In this document: positions 63,141 through 64,000 of the stretch, piece by piece | Numbering within the stretch: the stretch's first letter is position 1 | Layout: the number at the start of each line of letters is the position of its first letter | Source of the DNA: Centroscyllium fabricii | Taxonomy: Eukaryota | Direction: 5' to 3' | NCBI GenBank assembly: GCA_051313645.2 | Contig: JBNRSN020000027.1 | Span: forward strand, 41,168,001 to 41,232,000 | DNA: 64,000 nucleotides | The notes under the pieces: generated by a model | What the model saw: only the letters and a program-made list of their open reading frames with translations | The model's database searches: none | Told to the model about the DNA's origin: nothing | Position numbers and translations under genes: made by a program

Positions 63141-63292
63141 GAAGTGTTATTTTATCTATTAAAATCAACATTTCTGACTAAAAAGCTGCCACTTATATAG
63201 AGTGAACAAAATAAACTTAATTTTACACTGTTGAATGGGAATTCATCATTTGTTGGGGTCCATCATTTGGCCTCACTCTCCCTTTACACCAG

Positions 63293-63549
63293 ACAGTCCA
63301 AAGATGTGCGGGTTAGGTTGATTGGCCATGATAAATTGACCCATAGTGTCAGGGGGATTGAATATGTGGGGTTACGGGGATAGGGTGGGATATGTGTTGG
63401 TGCAGGCTCGATAGGGATCGAGGGATGTGGGGACAAGGCAGGGACATGGTATTGAGTTTGGATGATCAGCCATGAGCTCATTGAATGGCGGAGCAGGCTC
63501 GAAGGGCCGAATGGCCTACTCCTGCTCCTATCTTCTATGTTTCTATGTT
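63293..63549 (+). mobile_element. 5'-truncated V-SINE
   Basis: Matches the 3' part of the 21395 copy; another partial copy on the minus strand at 59475-59633. Confidence 0.8.
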
Positions 63550-63723
63550 TCAAACTCCTACGAATGATTATCTGGAAAGAGGAGGGGTAGCAGTAAAGTC
63601 AGGCGGGCTCCGTTACAGGTGTGTAGTCCTTTTCACAGAATTTTCCACTCATTCACTTTGCCCGGGCGATAAAGTTGAAAATCTCAATTCAAAGGCAAAA
63701 TTTAAAAACTGATGGGTTGCTAA

Positions 63724-64000
63724 AGGCCCTGTCACACCTTGACGTTTTAGCTTGCGTATGCAAATTTGGCCGATACGCTGGTATACGTTGGACAAGTTAT
63801 GGGTACGTTATGCATACGGTAAGAGCACGTTGCCATACGCTGGACATAAGCTGTATACGTCGTTTAAGTCGTGATTTTTTGTGCATGCACAAAAAATCAC
63901 GACGTATAAATGTAACTCTTTATACGCTCAGCATACGCTGAACATACGTTGCAGGCACGTTAGGCGATCGTTGACACACTTTAGTCATACGTCATAATAC
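63724..64000. mobile_element. Second copy of the 1920 MITE, cut by the window end
   Basis: TAA-AGGCCCTGTCACACCTTGACG..., highly similar to 1920-2175. Confidence 0.88.

Overview
Vertebrate genomic DNA, almost certainly a cartilaginous fish (shark-type V-SINE/HE1-like SINEs, CR1 LINE tails, Penelope-like elements). The window is the middle of one minus-strand gene, DMXL2 (Rabconnectin-3 alpha). I traced 23 GT-AG coding exons from 58085 down to 432 (5823 nt, 1941 codons, all phases join), including a 66-nt in-frame cassette exon; both gene ends lie outside the window. The introns are packed with mobile DNA: a nearly intact 4.4-kb CsRn1/Kabuki-type Ty3/Gypsy element (CHCC Gag motif, tRNA-Trp PBS, one stop codon), two solo LTRs, Penelope-like insertions with minimal hammerhead-ribozyme motifs and long inverted arms, more than a dozen Harbinger-like MITEs with a shared target-site signature, pogo/Tigger-like TA-TSD MITEs carrying YY1/NRF1 motif arrays or minisatellites, SINEs and CR1/L2 fragments. 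Most ORFs in the supplied track are spurious. Family names come from recognised motifs, not database searches; coordinates were counted by hand.
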